In this document: positions 17,724 through 25,078 of the stretch, in pieces
Numbering within the stretch: position 1 is the stretch's first letter
How the letters are laid out: the number at the start of each line of letters is the position of its first letter
Made by a program: the position numbers and the translations under genes
The notes under the pieces: model-generated
Database searches by the model: none
Seen by the model: the letters and a program-made list of their open reading frames with translations, nothing else
What the model was told of the DNA's origin: nothing
DNA from: Phycisphaerae bacterium
GTDB taxonomy: Bacteria; Planctomycetota; Phycisphaerae; SM23-33
Direction: 5' to 3'
Assembly: GCA_021108335.1 (NCBI GenBank)
Contig: JAIORC010000167.1
Coordinates: forward strand, 1 to 53,377
DNA: 53,377 bases

Positions 17724-19631
17724 ATGGGTCAAATTTCACAGCTATCGAAGCATCTTGTAAACAAGATCGCCGCCGGCGAGGTGATCGAGCGCCCCGCCAG
17801 CGTCTTGAAGGAACTGGTGGAAAACGCCCTCGACGCCGGGGCTACGCGGATCGACATCGACGTTGAAGACGGCGGTAAAAAACTCGTACAGGTAACGGAC
17901 GACGGCGGGGGAATTTCCGGCGAGGACGTCGCCCTGGCCTTCGCGCCCCACGCCACGAGCAAAATCTCCGCCGAAGACGATCTGTTCAACATCAACACAA
18001 TGGGATTCCGCGGGGAGGCACTAGCCAGCATCGCCAGCATCTCCCACGCCCAGATCCGCACGCGCGTAGCCGATGAAGAAGGCGGCTGGGAGGTCTCCGC
18101 ATCAGGCCAGATAGTCAACGACCCCGTCCCATGCTCCGCCCCGAAGGGCACAACCATTATCGTGCGGGATTTGTTCTTCAACACGCCGGCCCGGCGAAAA
18201 TTCCTCCGCACCACCAACACGGAATTCGGGCATCTCACGGAGCAGTTGACCCGCCTGGCGTTGCCGCGGCCTGGGGTTGGGTTTACTCTTCGCCATAACG
18301 GGCGTCTATCGCTGCACCTGCCGGCGACGGATTCGACAGCCCGCCGCGTAGCCGACCTGTTCTCGGCAGACCTGGCTGATTGCCTGTTGCCGCTGGTCGC
18401 CCGCACCGGCGAAATCGGTGTGGACGGTTTTGTAGGCCCGCCGACGGCAGCACGCTCCAGTGCGAAGTGGCAGTACGTGTTTCTCAATGGCAGATACATC
18501 CGCGACCGTATGCTCAGCCATGCCGTCCGGGAGGCGTACCGAGGCCTGCTGCCGCCGGCGAAATATCCAGCCGTGTTCCTGTTCATCGAGGTCAACCCCG
18601 CTGACGTGGACGTAAACGTCCATCCCACGAAAATCGAGGTACGCTTCCGCAACAGTAACCAGGTATACGGCGAGCTGCTGGCAGGGCTGCGAGAAACGCT
18701 GAACCGCTCGAACCTCACGCCCGACGCGGCCATGCCGGAATCGGCGGACTTGCCCGGCGAAACCGGCGACAAAACCGCCGGTGATGGCGACCAGCGGGCT
18801 TCCGTGCGGCAGGCGATGGCGGACTTTTTCAAATCCGCACCACCGCCGCCCCGGCTTAACTTCCCGCAGGATCAATCGCAGCCGTCGGCAGCCGCAGCGC
18901 CGATGCCGCCCGATTTCAACCGTCAGCCGCTGGGCACCCCCAGCCGAACGCCTGGCGAAGATTTTACGCCCGGTTCCCAGTCCGCCGGTCCAACGCAAGG
19001 CTTTACCCCACAGCCGGCTGCCCCGCCGCAGGGCCTTACCCCGCCGGGACCGCGGGGCTTCGGGCCGCTGTTGCAAATTCACAATTCCTACATTGTCGCC
19101 CAGACTGACGACGGGCTTGTAATCGTCGATCAGCACGCCCTGCACGAGCGGCTGAATTACAACGACCTCCAACGTCGGCTCACGGGCGGGAAACTCTCCA
19201 GCCAGAAGATGCTCATCCCCGCGACCGTCGACGTAACCCCCGCCGAGGGCGTCCTGCTGGAGGAATCCGCCGAATTGCTGGGACGGCTGGGCATGGAGGT
19301 AACCGCTTTCGGGCCTGGCAGTGTTGCCGTCCAGCAGTATCCCATATTCCTGGCTGAGCGAGGCGTGGATATCTCCGCGTTTCTGCGCGAACTGCTGGAC
19401 AAGCTCGCCGAAGACGCCTCGGCTGGGCCTGAACGGATTATGGAGGAGATACTGGCGATGATGGCCTGCAAGGCTGCCGTCAAGGCCGGCGACCCGCTGA
19501 CCCCGGCGGAAATGCAAGACCTCCTGGCCCGCGCGGAAAACGCCCCAAAACGATCATCCTGCCCGCACGGCCGACCCACAACCATCCGAATGACATTAAA
19601 AGACCTCGAAAAGCAATTCAGCCGGATCTGA
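17724..19631 (+). CDS. mutL: DNA mismatch repair protein MutL (endonuclease-type C-terminus)
   Basis: N-terminal GHKL ATPase (VNKIAAGEVIERPASVLKELVENALDAG); C-terminal DQHALHERLNY, ACKAAVKAG and CPHGRP motifs. Confidence 0.9.
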   Translation: MGQISQLSKHLVNKIAAGEVIERPASVLKELVENALDAGATRIDIDVEDGGKKLVQVTDDGGGISGEDVALAFAPHATSKISAEDDLFNINTMGFRGEALASIASISHAQIRTRVADEEGGWEVSASGQIVNDPVPCSAPKGTTIIVRDLFFNTPARRKFLRTTNTEFGHLTEQLTRLALPRPGVGFTLRHNGRLSLHLPATDSTARRVADLFSADLADCLLPLVARTGEIGVDGFVGPPTAARSSAKWQYVFLNGRYIRDRMLSHAVREAYRGLLPPAKYPAVFLFIEVNPADVDVNVHPTKIEVRFRNSNQVYGELLAGLRETLNRSNLTPDAAMPESADLPGETGDKTAGDGDQRASVRQAMADFFKSAPPPPRLNFPQDQSQPSAAAAPMPPDFNRQPLGTPSRTPGEDFTPGSQSAGPTQGFTPQPAAPPQGLTPPGPRGFGPLLQIHNSYIVAQTDDGLVIVDQHALHERLNYNDLQRRLTGGKLSSQKMLIPATVDVTPAEGVLLEESAELLGRLGMEVTAFGPGSVAVQQYPIFLAERGVDISAFLRELLDKLAEDASAGPERIMEEILAMMACKAAVKAGDPLTPAEMQDLLARAENAPKRSSCPHGRPTTIRMTLKDLEKQFSRI

Positions 19632-19650
19632 AATTCTGTCCGAGAAAAAA

Positions 19651-19903
19651 ATGTCGGGTGCCCCCCAGGGGGCGGTAAAAAAACGCGTCGGGTGGCATGG
19701 TCAGCGGCAAAGCCGATGGCCATGAAAGATAGATATACGACGGCGAGTGGTATGTTGGGTGGTTTTGAGAAAGGGATGTCGCAGAAATTGCGAATCGATC
19801 TTTCATGGCTACCCCGCAAAAAACGCGGGGTTTCCATGCCACCCGATGTCGTGGGAATTTGCAATTTTTCATTTCTGCGCGGCGGTCTTCCCAGGCTGCC
19901 GCG
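19651..19903. repeat. Intergenic palindromic-repeat mosaic A, including the nested-stem element 19689-19845
   Basis: CGGGTGGCATGG (19689-19700) pairs with CCATGCCACCCG (19834-19845). GCCATGAAAGAT (19719-19730) pairs with ATCTTTCATGGC (19798-19809). Hairpin CCCCGC-A6-GCGGGG at 19812-19830. GCGCGGCGGTC-TTCCCA-GGCTGCCGCG at 19877-19903. 19769-19863 is repeated at 53283-53377 on the opposite strand. Confidence 0.85.
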
Positions 19904-20021
19904 AAAACGGCATGAGTGCCACGTGACAAAAATTAAAATATAAAATATTCTACTTTCGCCGGACAGGCCGATTATTTCTAATAGAGTAGTTGTAGACATG
20001 ACCCCTTATGGAGAAGGTACC

Positions 20022-20984
20022 ATGAAACACATCTTTTGCACCATCAGCGTTCTGGCTGCCATCGCCGCCGTTAGCGGCTGCGGCAATACGAGAATTATCG
20101 AAGCCCAAACCCTGCTGCGAAACAAGATTGAGATGGGACTGTATCCCACCGACAAGCTCCTGCAGAGCAAGGCCATCGACCTGCACCGGACCTTTACCAT
20201 GCCCGATAAGGTCGAAATCGACGCATGGGCGATCAACGCTAAAAAGTCCCCCGTTGCGGGTACTGTCATCCTGCTGCACGGTACCGGCCAATGTAAGTGG
20301 AACTACCTCGGCATCGGCAAGAATCTCGCCAAACGGGGCTACGACGTGGTGCTGATCGACCTGCGCTGCCACGGGAAAAGCACCGGTAAATACATCACCT
20401 GCGGCGCGAAAGAAAAGCAGGACGTCAAGACCGTCGTCGACACGTTGATCCGGGAAAAGAAAATCGCCGCCAAGCCGCTATACGTCTTCGGCGTTACGTT
20501 CGGAGCCGCTACCGCCCTGCAATATGCCGCAATCGAGCCGAACGTCGCCGGCGTGGTGGCGATGGCCCCCTGGAAAGACACTGTTACCAAGGCCCGGCGG
20601 GACGTCGGCATGCTGATGGAAGAAAAGGAATTCAGTGCCGTGCTGGACGACGTAGGCAAAATCGCTGACTTCGACCCGCGGGCAACCTCCGCCGCCAAAG
20701 CCGCCGCGAAACTCAAATGCCCCGTTTACCTGATTCACGGAAAGGCTGACCTGGTCGTGCCCGTTTCGGACAGCGAAGCGATTTTCGCTGTCCTGACAGG
20801 CCCAAAAGAACTGAAACTCATCTCGCCAGGCCCGGAACAACTACTCGTCGGCATGGCCTGGGAAACCTGGGTGCCGGACCAAATCGAAAAACTGCAAAAA
20901 CTGGAAAAACAGGAACCGGGGAAAACGGTGAAACAGGAACCAGGAACTAAAGAACCGGGAAAAACGGAAAAACAAAAACCGTAA
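20022..20984 (+). CDS. Alpha/beta-hydrolase-fold lipoprotein with an atypical nucleophile elbow and a K/E/P-rich repeat tail
   Basis: Signal plus lipobox-like AAVSGC; VILLHGTG; nucleophile elbow reads GVTFG (Thr codon 20496-20498) instead of GxSxG; HGKADLVVP. Tail is KQEPGKTVKQEPGTKEPGKTEKQKP. ATG 20022 has a GGAGAAGG RBS. Confidence 0.65.
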   Translation: MKHIFCTISVLAAIAAVSGCGNTRIIEAQTLLRNKIEMGLYPTDKLLQSKAIDLHRTFTMPDKVEIDAWAINAKKSPVAGTVILLHGTGQCKWNYLGIGKNLAKRGYDVVLIDLRCHGKSTGKYITCGAKEKQDVKTVVDTLIREKKIAAKPLYVFGVTFGAATALQYAAIEPNVAGVVAMAPWKDTVTKARRDVGMLMEEKEFSAVLDDVGKIADFDPRATSAAKAAAKLKCPVYLIHGKADLVVPVSDSEAIFAVLTGPKELKLISPGPEQLLVGMAWETWVPDQIEKLQKLEKQEPGKTVKQEPGTKEPGKTEKQKP

Positions 20985-20986
20985 AT

Positions 20987-21242
20987 TGTAGGGTGGGCCT
21001 GCCCCCAGGGGGTGCTTGCACCCACGCGGGAACCAGGAATCCGTTGAAATGGGAACCAGGTTTTTGGGTGGCATGGTCCCCCCCCCTTGGGGCAGGCCTG
21101 GGGACCATGTGTTTTTCCCAGTTCCTGTTTTTTCAGTGTTTGGGTGGCATGGCTTGCTTGGGGACCATGTGTTTTTCGTCCTGTGTAGATGCAAGCACCC
21201 ATCCTACGAGTGGCATGGTGGCACAGGTTTGCAACCTGTGCC
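20987..21242. repeat. Intergenic palindromic-repeat mosaic B
   Basis: TGTAGGGTGGG..CCCCCAGGGGG..TGCTTGCACCCACGCG at 20987-21028. Two copies of TTTGGGTGGCATGG...GGGGACCATGTGTTTTT at 21063-21117 and 21139-21177. GGCACAGGTTTGCAACCTGTGCC at 21220-21242. Confidence 0.85.
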
Positions 21243-21279
21243 TGGTTACGGAAAACGGTAAACAAGCCCCGGTTTTCGC

Positions 21280-21870
21280 TCAGCCGCCTCCCAGCGTCGG
21301 TTTCGCTGCGACTGAGTACACCGGCCCTTCCCTGGTAAGCCGGCTGGTGTAGACGGTCAGATGCTCCAGCCGTACCCGCCCGAAAAATTCTTCAGCCAGG
21401 GAATCCGCTACTGCCCGCATTGCCTCCGCCTGCTGTCTGCTGACGTATTTGATTCTCGCGAGGGTAATGTGCGGGTGAAACGAGCGGTTTTCCGGTGGGA
21501 AGCCCAGTGGCCCAAGTGCCTTTTGCAGGTCGGCGTGCAATTGGCCGAGCCGGCCTGTCGTATCGGCTACGTCCGCCCAGAACATTCGCAACGGCCCTCG
21601 CGGAGGAATCACCCGAACACCCCGGACATCGAACTCGATAGCCCCCGGCTGTCGCGCAGCCACCTCGCCGGCAAGGCGGCAGACCTCGGCAAGCACCGCG
21701 TCTTCGCAATCGCCGAGAAAGACTGCCGTTACGTGGAGATTTGCCGGCTGTACCCAGGCTTGCCCCAAGGGGGGGACCTTGCTGCCCTTGCCCAGCCGGG
21801 TCTGCAATTCAGCCATCCGCCGGCGGCTGGCGTCGTCGATGTCAAACGCGATAAATGTTCGATGCGTCAT
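21280..21870 (-). CDS. thpR: RNA 2',3'-cyclic phosphodiesterase (2H phosphoesterase, ThpR/LigT family)
   Basis: Two H-x-T-x motifs (HVTAVFLG and HPHITLARI) with the usual spacing and size. ATG 21870; an upstream GTG at 21885 is also possible. Confidence 0.75.
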   Translation of the reverse strand: MTHRTFIAFDIDDASRRRMAELQTRLGKGSKVPPLGQAWVQPANLHVTAVFLGDCEDAVLAEVCRLAGEVAARQPGAIEFDVRGVRVIPPRGPLRMFWADVADTTGRLGQLHADLQKALGPLGFPPENRSFHPHITLARIKYVSRQQAEAMRAVADSLAEEFFGRVRLEHLTVYTSRLTREGPVYSVAAKPTLGGG

Positions 21871-21909
21871 GTCGGGTTCACCCACGCGGACGTAATAATC
21901 ATGGCTACC

Positions 21910-22365
21910 CTACGAAGCAAATTCAGTTAGTTTTCTACAAAGCCAATTATGCTCTTTTTTCGTTTGGCCAGCTATGGCAAGCCATTTCCCATCCGGCAAT
22001 TTCAAACAAATGACATCTCCCTTTCTCAATAACTCCATTTGCATTTCATGTGTTTCCAGTTCAAATACCCACTCTTTATTCCATCGCCTGATTGTTATTA
22101 TTAACACACTGCTCGTGGCAGAAATGCAAAATATCCATCTGGCAATCATTGTGCTCATGATAAACAACCCAACCGATGCAGCCAGCACAGCCGATACTAA
22201 CATAACAGATAAAAAATCGGCCAAAGAGAATTCATCATGCCGGCTAATTCGAATGACGATAGTTTTTTCATGAAATTCCAGTACGCCTTCGCCTTTAATC
22301 CCTTCGCTCTTTTGCTTTGGAGGGGCTATACGGCCGCATTTGATTGGAGTTTTATAATCTGCCAT
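21910..22365 (-). CDS. Hypothetical membrane protein (2 TM) in a low-GC patch
   Basis: ORF with two hydrophobic segments (FLSVMLVSAVLAASVGLFIM, WIFCISATSSVLIITI). G+C is visibly lower than the neighbours. Start set at MADYKTPIK; the track ORF extends to 22431 through a repeat. Confidence 0.4.
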   Translation of the reverse strand: MADYKTPIKCGRIAPPKQKSEGIKGEGVLEFHEKTIVIRISRHDEFSLADFLSVMLVSAVLAASVGLFIMSTMIARWIFCISATSSVLIITIRRWNKEWVFELETHEMQMELLRKGDVICLKLPDGKWLAIAGQTKKEHNWLCRKLTEFAS

Positions 22366-22437
22366 AGTTATACATGCTATGCAGCAGCAGTAGGTTATGC
22401 AACTCGTGGCATAACAATTTTCCGGCGGCACGTATCT

Positions 22438-22463
22438 CGCGGCGGCCTGGGAAGGCCGCCGCG
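22438..22463. repeat. Single GCGGCGGCC-TGGGAA-GGCCGCCGC palindromic module (mosaic C)
   Basis: Perfect 10-bp stem; same family as 37234-37260 but in the opposite orientation. Confidence 0.8.
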
Positions 22464-22499
22464 CAAAGTGTCGGAGGCAAAAAATTTCTTTTGATGTAT

Positions 22500-22527
22500 T
22501 GACGAATGGGGAAAATCCAGTATATTA
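22500..22527 (+). promoter_or_regulatory. Sigma-70-like promoter candidate upstream of tRNA-Glu
   Basis: TTGACG (22500-22505), 16-nt spacer, TATATT (22522-22527). Lies about 110 nt upstream of the tRNA. Confidence 0.35.
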
Positions 22528-22637
22528 CTCAATCCCAATTGCCGCGTCATTGCGGCTGGGTGCTTTTTGACGGTTTACGAATGCAGGTGGCGACATCTGC
22601 TGAGCCTATTGCCAGGGCTTTTCGTGCCGGGCAAAGC

Positions 22638-22710
22638 GGCCCCATCGTCTAGTGGCCTAGGACACCGGGTTTTCATCCCGGCAACCGGAGTTCGAGTCTC
22701 CGTGGGGTCA
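22638..22710 (+). tRNA. tRNA-Glu (anticodon UUC)
   Basis: 73-nt cloverleaf folded by hand: acceptor GGCCCCA/TGGGGTC, D stem GTCT/GGAC, anticodon stem CCGGG/CCCGG with loop TTTTCAT, T arm CGGAG-TTCGAGT-CTCCG, discriminator A. No CCA is encoded. Confidence 0.9.
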
Positions 22711-22746
22711 TAGGGTGCGATTCCAACGAATCGCACCCTATTTTAT
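22711..22746 (+). terminator. Rho-independent terminator after tRNA-Glu
   Basis: 13-bp stem TAGGGTGCGATTC/GAATCGCACCCTA with loop CAAC, followed by TTTTAT. Confidence 0.7.
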
Positions 22747-22824
22747 TGCGCAGAGCCAGCCGCGCCGCGTCTGCCGTTTATATGCTTGCAAATGGTGAAT
22801 CCGAGGGACTAAAATCTCGCCACT

Positions 22825-23871
22825 ATGTTACAGAGACTACCAACCAATCCGTTATTGAAGCCCGAAGACCTCCGCCCCACGCGTGAGGATTTGGAAGTAA
22901 TGTGCACACTGAACCCCGCAGCCGTGCGAGTCGGCGGGGAGATTCTGCTGCTGGTTCGCGTGGGCGAGCGGGTGCGGGATGTCGAGGACGACTGGGTCGC
23001 GTATGTCGTGTTCGATCCCGATGCCGGTCAAACCGTGGTCAAAAAAATCCGCAAAGACAATCCGCACCTCGACACGTCCGATCCGAGGGGCTACTTCCTC
23101 GACGGGAAAATGCTGCTGACGAGTTTATCGCACCTGCGGATAGCACGCAGCCGCGACGGCCAAAAATTTACCTTCGACCCGCAGCCGGCAATTTACCCCG
23201 CCACGCCCTACGAAGCATTCGGCTGCGAGGATCCGCGGATAACCCTTATCGACGGACGATACTACATCACCTATACCGCCGTGTCCGATCGCGGCGTAAC
23301 CGTTGCCATGGTCGGCACGGATGATTTTGTCTCCTTCGAGCGGCAGGGGATAATTTTCCCGCCGTACCAGAAAGACGTCGCCATTTTCCCGCAGAAGGTT
23401 CGCGGCATGTACGTCTGCCGCCATCGGCCTTACATGAGCGAATTCAACCTCGCCTCGATCTGGACGGCTTATTCGCCGGACCTGCATTGCTGGGGGCACC
23501 ACGAAATAACCGTCGCGCCCAAGCCGGACTCGTGGGAGTCCGACCGCGTCGGCTGCGGAGCGGCGCCCATCCGAACCGAAGCCGGCTGGCTGGAAATCTA
23601 TCACGGCAAAGACGAAAACGGGCGATACGCATTGGGAGCGATGCTCAGCGACCTGGAGCATCCCGAGCGGGTGATCTGCCGTTCGTCCCAGCCGGTATTC
23701 GTGCCGGAGGCGGATTACGAAATTTCCGGCATTTACGGGAACTGCGTATTCTCCAACGGCCTGATTGTCGACGACGACGGAACAATGACGATTTATTACG
23801 GCGCCGCCGACCGCATCTGCGCCGCCGCGACAACAACCGTAGACGAAATGATCGCCGCCGCCCAGGGGTGA
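22825..23871 (+). CDS. GH130-family glycoside phosphorylase/hydrolase (beta-mannoside-type, DUF377-like)
   Basis: 348 aa five-bladed propeller pattern typical of GH130 (NPAAVRVGGEILLLVRV...GCEDPRIT.IDGRYYITYTA...AIFP...GAAPIRTEAGWLEIYHG...YALGAMLSDLEHP...VFSNG...TIYYGAAD). Confidence 0.75.
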   Translation: MLQRLPTNPLLKPEDLRPTREDLEVMCTLNPAAVRVGGEILLLVRVGERVRDVEDDWVAYVVFDPDAGQTVVKKIRKDNPHLDTSDPRGYFLDGKMLLTSLSHLRIARSRDGQKFTFDPQPAIYPATPYEAFGCEDPRITLIDGRYYITYTAVSDRGVTVAMVGTDDFVSFERQGIIFPPYQKDVAIFPQKVRGMYVCRHRPYMSEFNLASIWTAYSPDLHCWGHHEITVAPKPDSWESDRVGCGAAPIRTEAGWLEIYHGKDENGRYALGAMLSDLEHPERVICRSSQPVFVPEADYEISGIYGNCVFSNGLIVDDDGTMTIYYGAADRICAAATTTVDEMIAAAQG

Positions 23872-23900
23872 ACCAGGAACCGGGAAAAACAGAAACGGGA

Positions 23901-23962
23901 ATCGGGGGACAACATACTGATTAATTGACGTATATCGGTTTTGATATATTGTTGCCATGGCA
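23901..23962 (+). repeat. 62-bp direct repeat, left copy (flanks the HEAT-repeat gene)
   Basis: ATCGGGGGACAACATACTGATTAATTGACGTATATCGGTTTTGATATATTGTTGCCATGGCA. Identical to 24939-25000 except for one A/G. Contains TTGACG and an extended -10-like TGATATATT. Confidence 0.9.
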
Positions 23963-24025
23963 AGATTAACAGGAGTCATTAGTGTATAATCAGGCAAGCC
24001 AGACCAATGAAAAGGAAAAATTAGT

Positions 24026-24931
24026 ATGGTGTCCCCCGATTTTATGAATCTAAAATATGCAAACCTGTTTATTTTGATATCTTTTGGCATAATGTTTTTT
24101 GGAGGGTGCAAAGCGGAGAACCGCTCCACGAAAAACAAAGAGCCTTCTTCTACAAAAAAAACGGAATCTCAAGAGTTGCGATGTTTACTAGATAAGCTTG
24201 AATCGCATGATGATGAAGTCCAGGAGAGTGGGTGCAGGCAGTTGATGGCACGGGTAATAAGGCGAAAATTGTCTAGTGAGGCCAAACCGCTGATTCCTCG
24301 GATGATGAAGTTATTGAAAAAGGGTGATTCCGATGTCAAACTATCTCTTTTGGTTGCCTTGGGTAGCATGGGGGCCAATGCAAAGGAGGCGATCCCAAGT
24401 ATAAAACAACTTTTGAAACACTCCAATGAGTTGGTTTGCGCTTGTGCAGAAGAGGCTATTGGGCAAATAACAGAGCAAAAACAAAACAAGAAACCTTCTT
24501 CTGCGAAAAACTGGGAATACCAGCAGCTACGGCGCTTGTTAGATAAGCTTGAATCTCATGATCGCGAAGTTCGAATTAATGGATGCAGGCAGTTGATGGT
24601 ACGAGTGATGATAGGAAAATTTTCCATCGCTGTCAAACCTCTAATTCCTCAGATGACGAAGTTATTAGAAAAGGGTGATTCCGATGTCAAACTAACTCTT
24701 TTGGCTGTCTTGGGTAGCATGAGAGCCGATGCGAAGGATGCAATTCCAAGCATAAAGCAACTCTTGAAACACGGTGACATGTTCGTTCGCGCTGGTGCAA
24801 AAGAGGCGATTGAGCAAATAACGGGGCAAAAACAAAATGAGGGCAAAAATCGGGAAAATCCAGATATGATGAAGAGACTAAATCCGGCAGTAAAGCTGGG
24901 CAAATCGGGGGACAGCATACTGATTAATTGA
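24026..24931 (+). CDS. HEAT-repeat lipoprotein (low G+C), internally duplicated
   Basis: Signal plus lipobox-like FFGGC. Two 117-aa units, each with HEAT-like helices (VKLSLLVALGSMGANAKEAIPSIKQLLKH). ATG 24044 is an alternative start. The last 9 codons lie inside a partial copy of the flanking repeat. Confidence 0.6.
   Translation: MVSPDFMNLKYANLFILISFGIMFFGGCKAENRSTKNKEPSSTKKTESQELRCLLDKLESHDDEVQESGCRQLMARVIRRKLSSEAKPLIPRMMKLLKKGDSDVKLSLLVALGSMGANAKEAIPSIKQLLKHSNELVCACAEEAIGQITEQKQNKKPSSAKNWEYQQLRRLLDKLESHDREVRINGCRQLMVRVMIGKFSIAVKPLIPQMTKLLEKGDSDVKLTLLAVLGSMRADAKDAIPSIKQLLKHGDMFVRAGAKEAIEQITGQKQNEGKNRENPDMMKRLNPAVKLGKSGDSILIN
24137..24838 (+). repeat. Tandem 351-bp (117-codon) duplication inside the HEAT-repeat gene
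   Basis: Unit 1 at 24137-24487 and unit 2 at 24488-24838. The protein units align end to end (KEPSSTKK...EQKQN vs KKPSSAKN...GQKQN). Confidence 0.85.
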
Positions 24932-25000
24932 CGGGCAAATCGGGGGACAGCATACTGATTAATTGACGTATATCGGTTTTGATATATTGTTGCCATGGCA
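24903..25000 (+). repeat. Partial (24903-24933) plus full (24939-25000) right copies of the 62-bp direct repeat
   Basis: GGCAAATCGGGGGACAGCATACTGATTAATTGACG occurs twice in tandem. The second copy continues through ...TTGCCATGGCA as in 23901-23962. Confidence 0.9.
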
Positions 25001-25078
25001 GCGATTTTCGTCTTGGGTTTGCATACGTTGCGGCAATTCGATACCATGCTCCCTTGCTATTGATACAGGAGCAACCCC

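Noticed and set aside
16315-17739. 474-aa minus-strand ORF opposite the NtrC-type regulator (also 16287-17336 on the plus strand in another frame)
   Set aside because: R/G/D-rich nonsense translation. The plus-strand frame at 16324 has REC, Walker A/B, GAFTGA-type and HTH motifs.
19651-21242. Possibility that the clustered repeats are a CRISPR array
   Set aside because: The repeats belong to several unrelated families, occur in both orientations, have irregular spacing and often abut one another without spacers. No cas genes are in the window.
20993-21352. ORFs reading through repeat mosaics: 20993-21352, 21016-21261, 42392-42649 (5' part of the PilZ track ORF), 50863-51192, 37165-37392 and 38092-38556
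   Set aside because: Their 'peptides' (e.g. CRVGACTHA, VAQVCNLC, GLPRPPR) are just translations of palindromic modules that occur in both orientations. They have no RBS and no consistent frame between copies.
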